Origin: Parvularculaceae bacterium
Lineage (GTDB): Bacteria; Pseudomonadota; Alphaproteobacteria; Caulobacterales; Parvularculaceae
DNA length: 54,801 nt
NCBI GenBank assembly: GCA_020446725.1
Contig: JAGRED010000198.1
Span: forward strand, 1 to 54,801
Reading direction: 5' to 3'
Position 1 is the stretch's first letter, and every line of letters begins with the position of its first letter. The translations under genes and the position numbers were made by a program. Of the stretch, positions 19,233-29,070 are shown one piece after another. The notes beneath the pieces were generated by a model, which was given only the letters and a program-made list of their open reading frames with translations, searched no databases and was not told the DNA's origin.

Positions 19233-20947
19233 TTCGACCCGACCGGCTCAAGCCCGCCCGTCAGTTTCTTTTCAAGCGCCGCGCGCATGCGATCGGCCGG
19301 ATCAAGTTCGAGCGCGCGCGTCCACTGGAAGCGCGCTTCGGTCTCGCGGCCGAGCCGCCAGTAAACATCGCCAAGATGATCCGTAACCGTCGGATCGGCA
19401 GGTTCAAGCGCCGCAGCCTTTTCAAGATGCGGCAGCGCTTCTTCATAATCGCCGCGCTGATAATGGGCCCAGCCGAGGCTGTCGATGATCGCGCCCGACT
19501 GCGGACGCAGCGCGACCGCTTTTTCGATCAAGCCGAACGCTTCGTCGAGATTGACCCCCCGTTCAACCCAGCTGTAGCCGAGATAGTTGAGCGCGACCGG
19601 TTCTTCCGGCGCAACCTCGACCGCTTTTTGAAGATCGGCTTCGGCTTCATCAAAGCGGTCGAGCTCGATCAGCGAGCCCGCGCGCGTCAGATAATGCCGC
19701 CAGGCGTCCTGCGGCTTCGGTTCGTCAAGCCGCGCAATTGCGCGCGTCGCTTCTTTCACCGCGTCTTGGTGACGGTCGATCGACGCGTAAAGACCCGCCA
19801 GGGTCAGCATGGCGTCTTCAGCGTCGCGGTCGCGGCGAATAGCGGATTTGAGCGCCGCGATCGCTTCATTCGTTTTGTCTTCCGCCGCAAGGCTGTTGGC
19901 GATTTCGATCTGCGCCTGCTCGAATTGCGGCGATGACGGCGCAATCTGGGAAAAGGCTTCGCGCGCCGCGTCGTAATTGCCGTAGATATTATGGATCGAA
20001 CCGATCAGGCGCCGCGCATCGGCAAGCTGCGGATCGAGATAGACGGCGAGTTCGGTCAGGGCGAGCGGCAGGTTGAACGGACGTTCGCTGATCTTGAAAC
20101 CCGCCTCGCTCGCGCGCTGCATTTCCTCGGCGGATTGCTGGATCACATTGCCGGCGAAAAGATAGAGCGCCATCGCGACGCCTTCGCGCGCCGACACGTT
20201 CGAATAGGCGTTTGTCGGCCGTCCTCTATCAAGACGCGCAAGACCCTCATGCGCGAGGCGGCGGGACGGTCCGCCTTCCTGTTCGAGCCGGAGGTAATAG
20301 TCGCGCGCTTCGGTTCCTTCCCCGTTGCGTTCTAGAAACGCGCCGTAAGCGGCGCGCCCGATCGGGCCGCCGAAAGAGGCGACGGAGAGCTGGTGGAGCG
20401 CGCCCGCTTCCGCGATGTCGCCCTTTTCTTCAAGCAGCATCGCCTTGAAGGTCGGGTTGAAGCCGGTGAAGACGTCTTTGCCGAGATCGAAAGCCGCGAC
20501 GCCCGCCGCCGGTCCGGCGATTTCCGCTTCGATCCAGGCGCCGGCGAGATATGAAACCGACTTTGCGAGCGGTTCGACGGCGTCGCCTTTCACGCCCTCG
20601 CGCGCGGCAAGGAGATCGCCGTGCTTCAGGTTAATGGCCGCAAGCGTGAACGCGCCGAGGCCGCGATCTTCGCCCGCCGCGACAAGCCGGCGGGCGTAAG
20701 GCGCCGATCCTTCAATGTCGCCGGCGGCGACATGAAAGAGAAAGGCGCTCTGGACGATATCGAGATCGTCGGGATTGGCGGCGACCGCGGCGCCGAAATT
20801 GCGCGCCGCCGCATCAACATCGTTAAGTCCGGCGGCGAGCCGCCCGGAAAGATAATCGCCGGCCGACGTCGAAGACGGCTGCGCCGTCGCGCAGGAAGCG
20901 ATTGCCAGTGACGCGACCGCCGCGGCGAGACCTCGGTTGATGTTCAA
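19229..20947 (-). CDS. TPR-repeat lipoprotein
   Basis: TTG start with GAGGAG RBS; lipobox IASC; LNYLGYSW, IIDSLGW, DHLGDVYW TPRs; stop overlaps ispE start. Confidence 0.88.
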   Translation of the reverse strand: MNINRGLAAAVASLAIASCATAQPSSTSAGDYLSGRLAAGLNDVDAAARNFGAAVAANPDDLDIVQSAFLFHVAAGDIEGSAPYARRLVAAGEDRGLGAFTLAAINLKHGDLLAAREGVKGDAVEPLAKSVSYLAGAWIEAEIAGPAAGVAAFDLGKDVFTGFNPTFKAMLLEEKGDIAEAGALHQLSVASFGGPIGRAAYGAFLERNGEGTEARDYYLRLEQEGGPSRRLAHEGLARLDRGRPTNAYSNVSAREGVAMALYLFAGNVIQQSAEEMQRASEAGFKISERPFNLPLALTELAVYLDPQLADARRLIGSIHNIYGNYDAAREAFSQIAPSSPQFEQAQIEIANSLAAEDKTNEAIAALKSAIRRDRDAEDAMLTLAGLYASIDRHQDAVKEATRAIARLDEPKPQDAWRHYLTRAGSLIELDRFDEAEADLQKAVEVAPEEPVALNYLGYSWVERGVNLDEAFGLIEKAVALRPQSGAIIDSLGWAHYQRGDYEEALPHLEKAAALEPADPTVTDHLGDVYWRLGRETEARFQWTRALELDPADRMRAALEKKLTGGLEPVGSK

Positions 20948-20969
20948 GACGCTGCTCCTCGCAATACGC

Positions 20970-22649
20970 TTACATATTCGGATAGTTGGGGCCGCCGCCG
21001 CCTTCCGGCGTCGTCCACACGATGTTCTGCGAGGGATCCTTGATATCACAGGTTTTGCAGTGGACGCAGTTCTGCGCGTTGATCTGGAACTTCGGGTCCG
21101 CCCCGCCCTCCTCGGTCAGGATTTCGTACACGCCCGCCGGACAATAACGCTGCGCCGGCTCGGCGTATCGCGGCAGGTTTACACTGATCGGGATTGACGG
21201 GTCCTTAAGCTTCAAATGCGCGGGCTGGTTTTCCTCGTGATTGACGCCCGAAAATGAAACATTGGTGAGGCGGTCGAATGTGAGCGCGCCGTCAAAGCGC
21301 GGATAGTCGATCGGCTTGTATTTCGCCGCCGGCTCCGTCGCCGCCGCGTCGGTCTTGCCGTGCTTCAGCGTGCCGAAAATCGAGAACCCGGGAATGATGG
21401 TATTCGTCCAAAGATCGAGCCCTGAAAGGGCGATGCCCCCGAGAAGCGTGCCGAATTTCGACCATAGCGGTTTTGCGTTGCGCGCCTTTTTAAGCTCGCT
21501 CTTGACCGGCGAGACCTCATAGGCCGCTTCATAGGCGGCGAGCAGATCGCCTTCGCGACCCGCCGCGATCGCGTCGAACGCGGCGTCCGCCGCCATGATG
21601 CCGGTGAGCATCGCATTGTGATTGCCTTTAATGCGCGGCACGTTGACGAAACCAGCCGAGCATCCGATCAGCGCGCCGCCTGGAAAGACGAGCTTCGGCA
21701 CCGATTGATACCCGCCTTCCGTGATCGCGCGCGCGCCGTAAGCGATGCGCTTGCCGCCCTCGAGCAGCTCGGCGATTTCCGGAGGCGTTTTGAATTTCTG
21801 GAATTCCGCATACGGATAGATATACGGATTCTTGTAATTGAGGTGGACGACGAAGCCGAGCGCGATCGTGTTGTCGTCATAATGATAGAGGAAGGAGCCG
21901 CCGCCCGTTTCATTATCGAGCGGCCAGCCGAATGTGTGCTGGATATGACCGGGACGGGATTTTTCCGGCGCGATCTCCCACAACTCCTTAAGGCCGATGC
22001 CGTATTTCTGCGGGTCGCGCCCTTCATCGAGCCTGTACGCTTCGATAAGTTCCTTGGCGAGCGATCCGCGCGCGCCTTCCGCAATCAGCACATATTTGCC
22101 GCAGAGTTCGATGCCGGGCTCGTAATGATCCGTCTTCTGACCATCCTTGCCGATCCCGACCTCTCCGACGACGACGCCGCGCACGGACCCGTCCTCGCGG
22201 CGCAGGAGTTTCGAGGCCGCCATGCCGGGATAGATTTCGACGCCCATCCCCTCGGCCTGCTCGGCGAGCCAGCGACAGACATTTCCCATCGAGACGATGT
22301 AATTGCCGTGATTTTTCACCATCGGCGGCATGGCGAAGACCGGCAGGGAAAACGATCCCGACGGCCCGAGCAGCTTGAAGCTTTCCGATGCGACTTCAAT
22401 CGTCGCCGGCGCGCCATTGCTTCGCCAGTCAGGCATCAACGCATCAAGACCCGACGGATCGAGCACCGCGCCCGAGAGAATATGCGCGCCGACCTCCGAT
22501 CCCTTCTCGATAAGGACGACGGAAAGATCCTGGCCCGCCTCGGCCGCGCGCTGCTTGAAGCGGATCGCCGCGGCAAGGCCTGCAGGCCCCGCGCCGACAA
22601 TCACAATGTCGAACTCCATGCTTTCGCGTTCCGGAGCGTCGTCAGCCAT
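20970..22649 (-). CDS. electron transfer flavoprotein-ubiquinone oxidoreductase
   Basis: GAGPAG, EKGSEVGAHILSGA, CPAGVYE, NCVHCKTCDIKDP. Confidence 0.96.
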   Translation of the reverse strand: MADDAPERESMEFDIVIVGAGPAGLAAAIRFKQRAAEAGQDLSVVLIEKGSEVGAHILSGAVLDPSGLDALMPDWRSNGAPATIEVASESFKLLGPSGSFSLPVFAMPPMVKNHGNYIVSMGNVCRWLAEQAEGMGVEIYPGMAASKLLRREDGSVRGVVVGEVGIGKDGQKTDHYEPGIELCGKYVLIAEGARGSLAKELIEAYRLDEGRDPQKYGIGLKELWEIAPEKSRPGHIQHTFGWPLDNETGGGSFLYHYDDNTIALGFVVHLNYKNPYIYPYAEFQKFKTPPEIAELLEGGKRIAYGARAITEGGYQSVPKLVFPGGALIGCSAGFVNVPRIKGNHNAMLTGIMAADAAFDAIAAGREGDLLAAYEAAYEVSPVKSELKKARNAKPLWSKFGTLLGGIALSGLDLWTNTIIPGFSIFGTLKHGKTDAAATEPAAKYKPIDYPRFDGALTFDRLTNVSFSGVNHEENQPAHLKLKDPSIPISVNLPRYAEPAQRYCPAGVYEILTEEGGADPKFQINAQNCVHCKTCDIKDPSQNIVWTTPEGGGGPNYPNM

Positions 22650-22800
22650 GCCTTATCACCTCTTTGATTCAGCGCTTGTCAGATCTGTTGTGCGCCGTGT
22701 CGGGCGGCGTTGAGCGGTTGCTTTTGGCAAAATTCACCGCCAAATGCCATGTCGCCTTGTCGCGTGCGCGCATACCGGCTTTCGGAACACCGGAAAACTC

Positions 22801-23442
22801 ATGAATCCAGCGCTTTTCCTTCTCTTATGCGCAGCGGCCGTCGCCGGTCTTCTATACGCCGAACACACGGGGGACATGGCGGCGAAGCGCATCTTCAAGC
22901 CGCTCGCCTCGCTCGCCTTTATTCTCGCCGCGCTCGCAGCCGGCGCGCTCGGGACGACATTCGGCCAGATCATTCTGGCGGGGCTCATCCTCTGCGCGCT
23001 CGGCGACGTCCTGCTCATTCCGAAATCGCCGTCGGCCTTCTTCCTCGCCGGCATGGGCGCCTTCGCCGCCGGGCACGGGGCCTATATCGCCGCTTTCGCG
23101 CATGGCGGGCTTTCGCTCGGGACGGCGGCGGCCGTCGGCCTTGCTGGAAGCGGCGCGCTCTCGATCGCCCTTTTAACGGCGCTGTGGAAGACCCTTGGCG
23201 CGTTCCGCCTGCCGGTCATCATCTATTGCGTCATCATTTCCGTGATGGTCGCAGCGAGTTTCGGCCATTGGTCGGCCGAGCCTGGCGCGCAGAGCCTTCG
23301 CCTCGCCCTTGCGGCGGCCGGCTTCGCGCTCTCAGACGTTTCGGTCGCCCGTGACCGGTTCGGCCGGGAGAGCTTTCTCAACCGGCTTTGGGGGCTGCCG
23401 CTTTACTATGGCGCGCAGTGCCTTTTCGCCGTCAGCGTTTGA
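22801..23442 (+). CDS. YhhN/TMEM86 lysoplasmalogenase family
   Basis: FKPLAS, LGDVLL, AFAAGHGAY, FALSD, LYYGAQ. Confidence 0.85.
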   Translation: MNPALFLLLCAAAVAGLLYAEHTGDMAAKRIFKPLASLAFILAALAAGALGTTFGQIILAGLILCALGDVLLIPKSPSAFFLAGMGAFAAGHGAYIAAFAHGGLSLGTAAAVGLAGSGALSIALLTALWKTLGAFRLPVIIYCVIISVMVAASFGHWSAEPGAQSLRLALAAAGFALSDVSVARDRFGRESFLNRLWGLPLYYGAQCLFAVSV

Positions 23443-23473
23443 CCTTGGCCGGCGCCTGTGATGCCTATAGGCG

Positions 23474-24289
23474 ATGCAGGATATGGATAGAGCGAGCGCC
23501 GCGCGCGCCTTGTTGCGCTGGTATGTCGACGCCGGCGTCGATGAAGCCGTCGCCGACGGGCCGGTCGATCGCTTTCGCCGGGCCGCCGAAAATACATCGC
23601 TGGCGACGTCAGGTCATTCGGCGCCTGCTCGTTCCGCCCCGCCCCCAGTCACCGTCATCGCTCCGGCCGCCCAGCCGAGCGCGGATGAAGCGGCGAGCGC
23701 GGCGGCGCGGCTCGCCGCAGGCTGCAACAGTCACGAAGAACTCGCCGCCGCAGTCGCCTCATTCGACGGCTGCCCGCTGAAGGCTGGCGCGCGCAATACG
23801 GTCTTCTCCGACGGCGCGCCCGGAGCGCGCCTTCTCATCATCGGCGAGGCGCCGGGCCGCGACGAGGACGCCGTCGGCAAACCTTTCGTCGGACGCGCCG
23901 GCCAGTTGCTCGACAAGATGCTGGCCGCGATCGGCCGCTCACGCGCCAGCGACACGCTTATCTCGAACGTCGTCTACTGGCGCCCGCCCGGCAATCGCGC
24001 GCCGACGCAGGCCGAAATCGCCGTCTGTCGACCGTTCGTCGAACGCCTGATCGAATTGACGAACCCCGCGGCGATCATGCTGGCGGGCGGCGTGCCGATG
24101 CAGGCGCTGCTGGGCGTCACCGGCATCATGCGCGCGCGCGGCGCCTGGCGCGACCTGACGCTCGCCTCCGGCGCGCAGTTTCCCGCACTGCCGGTCTTCC
24201 ATCCCGCCTTCCTGTTGCGCCAGCCCGCCCAGAAGCGTCTCGCCTGGGCCGATCTTCAAACACTCGCCGCGAGGTTAAGAGATGCTTAA
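23474..24289 (+). CDS. uracil-DNA glycosylase family 4
   Basis: IGEAPG, PFVGRAGQLLD, WRPPGNR, FHPAFLLR. Confidence 0.93.
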   Translation: MQDMDRASAARALLRWYVDAGVDEAVADGPVDRFRRAAENTSLATSGHSAPARSAPPPVTVIAPAAQPSADEAASAAARLAAGCNSHEELAAAVASFDGCPLKAGARNTVFSDGAPGARLLIIGEAPGRDEDAVGKPFVGRAGQLLDKMLAAIGRSRASDTLISNVVYWRPPGNRAPTQAEIAVCRPFVERLIELTNPAAIMLAGGVPMQALLGVTGIMRARGAWRDLTLASGAQFPALPVFHPAFLLRQPAQKRLAWADLQTLAARLRDA

Positions 24290-24290
24290 C
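24275..24290. promoter_or_regulatory. perfect CtrA box
   Basis: TTAA-gagatgc-TTAAC overlapping the udg stop, just upstream of the transglycosylase ATGs at 24303/24306. Confidence 0.65.
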
Positions 24291-24302
24291 GCAGCGCTTC
24301 CT

Positions 24303-26072
24303 ATGATGGCGAAACGCGCGTCAGACACCAGCTTTGGGGGCCGTCTCTTGCTTCGCCTGTTGCTGCCAGCCTTCATCGCGATCCTGATCGCCGCCCCCGC
24401 CCGCGCCAGCGAGGCGTCCTTCACCCCATCCGTGCTGAGCGACGAAGACAGAGCGCTCTATCGCGACATCTTCGCACTCCAGGAAGATGCGCGCTGGCGC
24501 GAAGCCGACAAGAAAATCGCGGCGCTCTCCGACACCTCACTCGTCGGCTATGTCAAAATGGAGCGCTACCTCCATCCGACGGCTTATCGATCGACCTATG
24601 ACGAGTTGAAGCAATGGATGGCCTATTACGCCGACCATCCGGACGCCGACCGCATCTACGCCCTCGCCCGGCGCAAGCAGCCGCGCGGCGCGACATCGCC
24701 GCTCGCGCCGATCCCGCGCAAATGGCGCGCCGAACCGTCTTCGCCGCTGCATCCTGACATCGCCGCCGACTATGCGCGCACCAGCAAGCCGCTGCTGACG
24801 CAGATCGAAGGGCGCGTGCGCTTTCTCGTCCGCAAGGAGCAGGCGACGACCGCGCTGAAAGAGATCGAACAGCGCCGCGCGCGAGGCGCGATCACCGAAC
24901 GCCAGTTCGACCGCATGCGGTCATGGATAGCGGCGAGCTTTTACTATCAGGGCTATGTCGCGCGCGCTGAAGAGGTCGCTGAGGAAATCGCCGGCCGCAA
25001 TGGCGACGTCGCCGTTCTCGCATACTGGATTTCGGGCCTCATTCATTTCCGCGAAGGCGACATGGCGACGGCGCATGAACGCTTCGCGGCGATGGCGCGC
25101 GTTGAAGAGCAGGACGATTCGCTGCGCTCGGCCGCCGGCTTCTGGGCGGCGCGGACCGCGCTTGCAGACGGGCATGTCGACGAAGTCTCGCCGCTGCTTG
25201 AGATAGCCGCCGCTTATCCCTTCACCTTTTACGGCCAATTGGCGCTCGCGCAGCTCGGGCGCGACTATGATTATCGCTGGACGGCGCCCCCGCTCGACGC
25301 TGACGGGTTCGCCAGGCTCGCCGCGGCCGACCCCGCAGTCAAACGCGCCGTCGCGCTTTTCGAAGTCGGGCGCGTGACGGAAGCCGACCTTGAATTCCGC
25401 TGGATCAACGGCCGCATCGCCGACGCGCACGCCGTCGATCTTCTCGCGCTTGAATCAAGGCTTGATCTTCCCGCCGCGCAACTCGACCTCGCGCTCTATC
25501 ATCAGGGAAAAGCGTTCGAAGCGGGGCTTTATCCCGTCCCGTCCTATGCGCCCGCCAACGGCTTTACGACCGATCGCGCGCTTCTTTACGCGCTGATGCG
25601 TCAGGAATCGAAATTCAAGGTCGAGGCGACAAGCCGCGTCGGCGCGCGCGGATTGATGCAGCTGATGCCGCGCACGGCGAGTTATGTCGCCAAGGACCGG
25701 ACGCTCCAGCGCGGCAAAGGCCGCGACAAGCTTTACGACCCGGCGCTCAACCTGTCGATCGGACAGGATTACGTGAATCACTTGATCCAGACGAGCGCCG
25801 AGGGCGACCTGTTCAACATGGCGCTCGCCTATAATGGCGGGCCGGGCAATCTGCGCCGCTGGAAGCGCGACCTTGCGATTGAAGACCCGCTTTTGTTCAT
25901 CGAAAGCATTCCCAATCCGGAAAGCCGCGATTTCGTCGAACATGTGCTGACGAATTTCTGGGTCTATCGCCAACGTCTCGGCCAGAAGCCGCAAAGTCGC
26001 GACCGCGTCGCCGCCGGCGAACTCCCCCTGCACGAAGCGCTGGACGAAATTGCTGAAAGTCCGCGCGACTAA
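24303..26072 (+). CDS. soluble lytic transglycosylase (Slt70-like; PleA-like candidate)
   Basis: MRQESKF, GARGLMQLMP, AYNGGPG, IESIP..ESRDFV; signal peptide; start could be 24282. Confidence 0.9.
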   Translation: MMAKRASDTSFGGRLLLRLLLPAFIAILIAAPARASEASFTPSVLSDEDRALYRDIFALQEDARWREADKKIAALSDTSLVGYVKMERYLHPTAYRSTYDELKQWMAYYADHPDADRIYALARRKQPRGATSPLAPIPRKWRAEPSSPLHPDIAADYARTSKPLLTQIEGRVRFLVRKEQATTALKEIEQRRARGAITERQFDRMRSWIAASFYYQGYVARAEEVAEEIAGRNGDVAVLAYWISGLIHFREGDMATAHERFAAMARVEEQDDSLRSAAGFWAARTALADGHVDEVSPLLEIAAAYPFTFYGQLALAQLGRDYDYRWTAPPLDADGFARLAAADPAVKRAVALFEVGRVTEADLEFRWINGRIADAHAVDLLALESRLDLPAAQLDLALYHQGKAFEAGLYPVPSYAPANGFTTDRALLYALMRQESKFKVEATSRVGARGLMQLMPRTASYVAKDRTLQRGKGRDKLYDPALNLSIGQDYVNHLIQTSAEGDLFNMALAYNGGPGNLRRWKRDLAIEDPLLFIESIPNPESRDFVEHVLTNFWVYRQRLGQKPQSRDRVAAGELPLHEALDEIAESPRD

Positions 26073-26557
26073 GTCTTGCACGAATGGCCGTTGACGAGTG
26101 ATTTTCTCATTTCAAACCGGTCGAACCATTGACCGCGCATTTCAATGCGCTCCGGTTTGACGACGTGAAAACCGACAGCGGCGAACGCAGGGCGCGCCAT
26201 CAGGCTGGCATGCGTTGAAAGCTCTGCGAGGCCGTCCGCCAGAGCCTGATCCTGAAGGCGCTCATAGAGACGGCGAAAGAGCCCTCGGCCCTGCGCTGGC
26301 GCCCGAACATAGGCGAAATCGACATAACCATCCGGCGCAAGGCTCAAGAATCCCGCAATCCGCGGACCGTCAGCTTCGACGATGACCGCCTGCCGCGCCA
26401 ATCGCTCCCGCCATTCCGGGTCTGTGCGCGGCGCCTCAATCCAGGCGGCGCGCTGCGCTTCGTCGTACAGGCTCGCGCCATTGCGGACCGCATCGTACAT
26501 GACGCGTCCGAGTTCGTCATAATCGGCGGCAGTCGCCCATCGGATCATGTCGGTCAT
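26069..26557 (-). CDS. GNAT N-acetyltransferase (YafP-like)
   Basis: YDEAQRAAW, YVDFAYV..AQGRG, ASLMARPAF. Confidence 0.85.
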   Translation of the reverse strand: MTDMIRWATAADYDELGRVMYDAVRNGASLYDEAQRAAWIEAPRTDPEWRERLARQAVIVEADGPRIAGFLSLAPDGYVDFAYVRAPAQGRGLFRRLYERLQDQALADGLAELSTHASLMARPAFAAVGFHVVKPERIEMRGQWFDRFEMRKSLVNGHSCKT

Positions 26558-26671
26558 CGCGGTCTTTTGCGGCATCCGGGCGCATCGCGCCAGCGGCAAC
26601 AAGCGGAAGATTGAACGGCCGCGATGCGCGGCCTAGCCTTGGCGGCTGGAAACAAGGAACGGCGGCGGACG

Positions 26672-27079
26672 ATGCATGATGGCGACATTGAGGGCGGCTG
26701 CCTTTGCGGCGCGATCCGTTACAGGATCGCCCGGGGCCGCATATCGGAAACGGGCTATTGCCATTGTCGGACCTGTCAGCGGCAGTCAGGAGCGCCCGTC
26801 GTCGCCTTTTTCGCCGTCGCGCCCGCCCGGTTCCGGTATCTCAAGGGATCTCCCGCGGGCTTTCGCGCATCGGACCATGCGACGCGCGAATTCTGTTCCC
26901 ATTGCGGGAGTTATCTCGTCTTTCGCGAAGACGATGCGGCGGCGACTGTCAGCGTCAATACGGCGACGCTTGACGACCCGGCGCTGATCCCGCCGCTCTA
27001 TCACATCTATCATGAAAGCCGGATCGGCTGGTTTGAAACCGCCGACGATCTGCCGCGTCATGCGCGCGGCATCGATTGA
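26672..27079 (+). CDS. GFA family (CENP-V) protein
   Basis: GGCLCGAIRY, CHCRTCQR, FCSHCGS. Confidence 0.9.
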   Translation: MHDGDIEGGCLCGAIRYRIARGRISETGYCHCRTCQRQSGAPVVAFFAVAPARFRYLKGSPAGFRASDHATREFCSHCGSYLVFREDDAAATVSVNTATLDDPALIPPLYHIYHESRIGWFETADDLPRHARGID

Positions 27080-27085
27080 CGGCGA

Positions 27086-28060
27086 TTACTGCTCGATGCC
27101 CATGACGCCCATGATCGCGGGCCCGAGAATGACGGCGAAGAGAACCGGCAGGAAGAAGCCGATCATCGGCACAGTGAGTTTCGGCGGCAGCGCGGCGGCC
27201 TTGCGCTCGGCTTCCTGCATGCGGTGTTCGCGATTTTCCTGCGCCATGACGCGCAAGCTCTGACCGAGCGGCGTGCCGTATTTTTCCGACTGGATGAGTG
27301 CGGTCGTCACGCCCTTGACCCCGTCGAGCCCCGTGCGCTCGGCGAGATTGACGTAGGCGGACTTTCTTTCCTGCAGATAGGAGAGTTCCGCGACGGTGAG
27401 GCCAAGTTCCTCGGCGAGTTCGGGCGAGGTGCCCGCGACTTCCTGGCTGACCTTTTGAAGCGCTACCTCGATCGACATGCCGGCTTCAACGCAGATAAGC
27501 AGAAGATCGAGCGCATCCGGCCAGGCCAGCTGGATCTTGGACTGGCGCTTCGAGATCGCATTTTTGATGTGGACGTTCGGGATGTAGAAACCGGCGAAGA
27601 ACGCCATGACGACGGCGCAGAGCTTGCCGAAACTGTCGAGTTCGATCCCGTGAAGAATGTAGACATAGATCCAGCATGCGAAAGCGGCGACGAACGGCAT
27701 GCCTATACGCGCGGCCATGAAGATGAACACCGGCCGCTGACCGCGATAACCGGCCATCATGAGCTGCTTGCGCGCTTCATTTGAATCGAACGCCTCAAGC
27801 AGTTTCAGATTTTCAACGAGCCCCTTGAGGAAACCCTGAGCCGACGCCGCGCGCAGCGAACCGCCTTTCTTGGCGAATGCTTCACGCTGAGCGGCGCGCA
27901 GGCGATCGCGATATTCGACAACCGACTTCATCCGCTCTTCGGAGCGGTCGCGAAGGAGAAAGGGTTCGATCAGCGTATAGACTGTGCCAATCGCAGCGAG
28001 CGCGACAAGCAGCGAGATCTGGAACTGGCGATCCGTAACCGTGTTGATGAGGGCTTCCAT
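27086..28060 (-). CDS. tadC: Tad pilus platform protein TadC/CpaH
   Basis: PDALDLLLICVEAG, QSEKYGTPL, AAALPPKLTVPM. Confidence 0.93.
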   Translation of the reverse strand: MEALINTVTDRQFQISLLVALAAIGTVYTLIEPFLLRDRSEERMKSVVEYRDRLRAAQREAFAKKGGSLRAASAQGFLKGLVENLKLLEAFDSNEARKQLMMAGYRGQRPVFIFMAARIGMPFVAAFACWIYVYILHGIELDSFGKLCAVVMAFFAGFYIPNVHIKNAISKRQSKIQLAWPDALDLLLICVEAGMSIEVALQKVSQEVAGTSPELAEELGLTVAELSYLQERKSAYVNLAERTGLDGVKGVTTALIQSEKYGTPLGQSLRVMAQENREHRMQEAERKAAALPPKLTVPMIGFFLPVLFAVILGPAIMGVMGIEQ

Positions 28061-28066
28061 CGGATC

Positions 28067-29062
28067 CTAGACCTTGATCTTCATCATCGAATTCATCACA
28101 AAAATTCCCATCGACATCCAAAGCCCGGCGCCCAGCAGGATGAAGTTTCCCGTAGGCGTGTTGAACAGCGGGTCGAGATAATCGGGCGATGAAAGCTTAA
28201 CAGCGCCCATAACGAGGAACGGCAGGGCGCCGATGATCATCGCCGAGGCTTTCGCTTCCGACGACAACGCCTTGATCTTGCCTTCCATCAGCTTGCGGCC
28301 GCGAAGGACGCCAGCGAGGTTTGTCAACGCTTCGGCGAGGTTGCCGCCCGTCTTTTGCTGAATCATCAAAACGATGCCGAAGAAGGAGACTTCCTGCAGC
28401 GGCATTCTTTCATACATTCGCGCCATGCCCTGTTCGAGCGAGAGGCCGATGCGGAAGCCTTCGACAAGCTGCTCGAATTCTTCATTGACAGGCTTCGGCG
28501 CCTCGGACGCGATGATTTTCAGACACTCATTGACCGGAAGGCCCGATTTCACGCCGCGCACGATGACGTCGATGGCGTTCGAGAACTCATCGACGAACTT
28601 TTTCTGCCGACGATTGATCTGGTATCCAACAAACCAGTTCGGCAGGCCGAGGCCGCCGATGAAAAACATGCCAGCCGTCACGACGAGCTTCTGGCCGGAG
28701 ACGAGACCGATGAAGCCGAGGACAAATGCGGCGACGACCGAACCGATATAGAACTGGCGCGGCCCGAAGGCGAGACCCGCCTGCTCCAGCTTCTGCTCGA
28801 GCGTCGCGCGCTTTTTCGCCTTTTTGACTTCCTTGTTCTTGTTGTCGATTTTCGTGAGCGCTTCGGAAACCTTGCGCCGGCGGTCCTTGTTTTCCTTGTC
28901 CGTCGCTGCTGCGGCGCTGGCGCGCCGCGCATTCTTTTTCGTCTCAAGCGACGACAGTCGCTTCTTCGCCTTGTCGCTTTGCGTCGGCGCCAACATGAAA
29001 AAGGCGAGCGCGCCGAATCCGACGAGGGCGAGGACGATTGTTATGATCAGCTGCTGGTCCAT
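28067..29062 (-). CDS. tadB: Tad pilus platform protein TadB/CpaG
   Basis: IVRGVKSGLP, QQKTGGNLAEAL, KIKALSSEAKAS. Confidence 0.93.
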   Translation of the reverse strand: MDQQLIITIVLALVGFGALAFFMLAPTQSDKAKKRLSSLETKKNARRASAAAATDKENKDRRRKVSEALTKIDNKNKEVKKAKKRATLEQKLEQAGLAFGPRQFYIGSVVAAFVLGFIGLVSGQKLVVTAGMFFIGGLGLPNWFVGYQINRRQKKFVDEFSNAIDVIVRGVKSGLPVNECLKIIASEAPKPVNEEFEQLVEGFRIGLSLEQGMARMYERMPLQEVSFFGIVLMIQQKTGGNLAEALTNLAGVLRGRKLMEGKIKALSSEAKASAMIIGALPFLVMGAVKLSSPDYLDPLFNTPTGNFILLGAGLWMSMGIFVMNSMMKIKV

Positions 29063-29070
29063 CTGGCCCT

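Noticed and set aside
20948-21049. ORF-track N-terminal extension of the TPR gene (also extensions of cysH, DUF934, the MTase and DUF4174)
   Set aside because: The extensions overlap neighbouring genes; better downstream starts exist, most with an RBS or signal peptide
26069-27079. GNAT and GFA pair as a toxin-antitoxin or mobile insertion
   Set aside because: Divergent orientation, no antitoxin-like partner, and no flanking repeats or mobility genes seen
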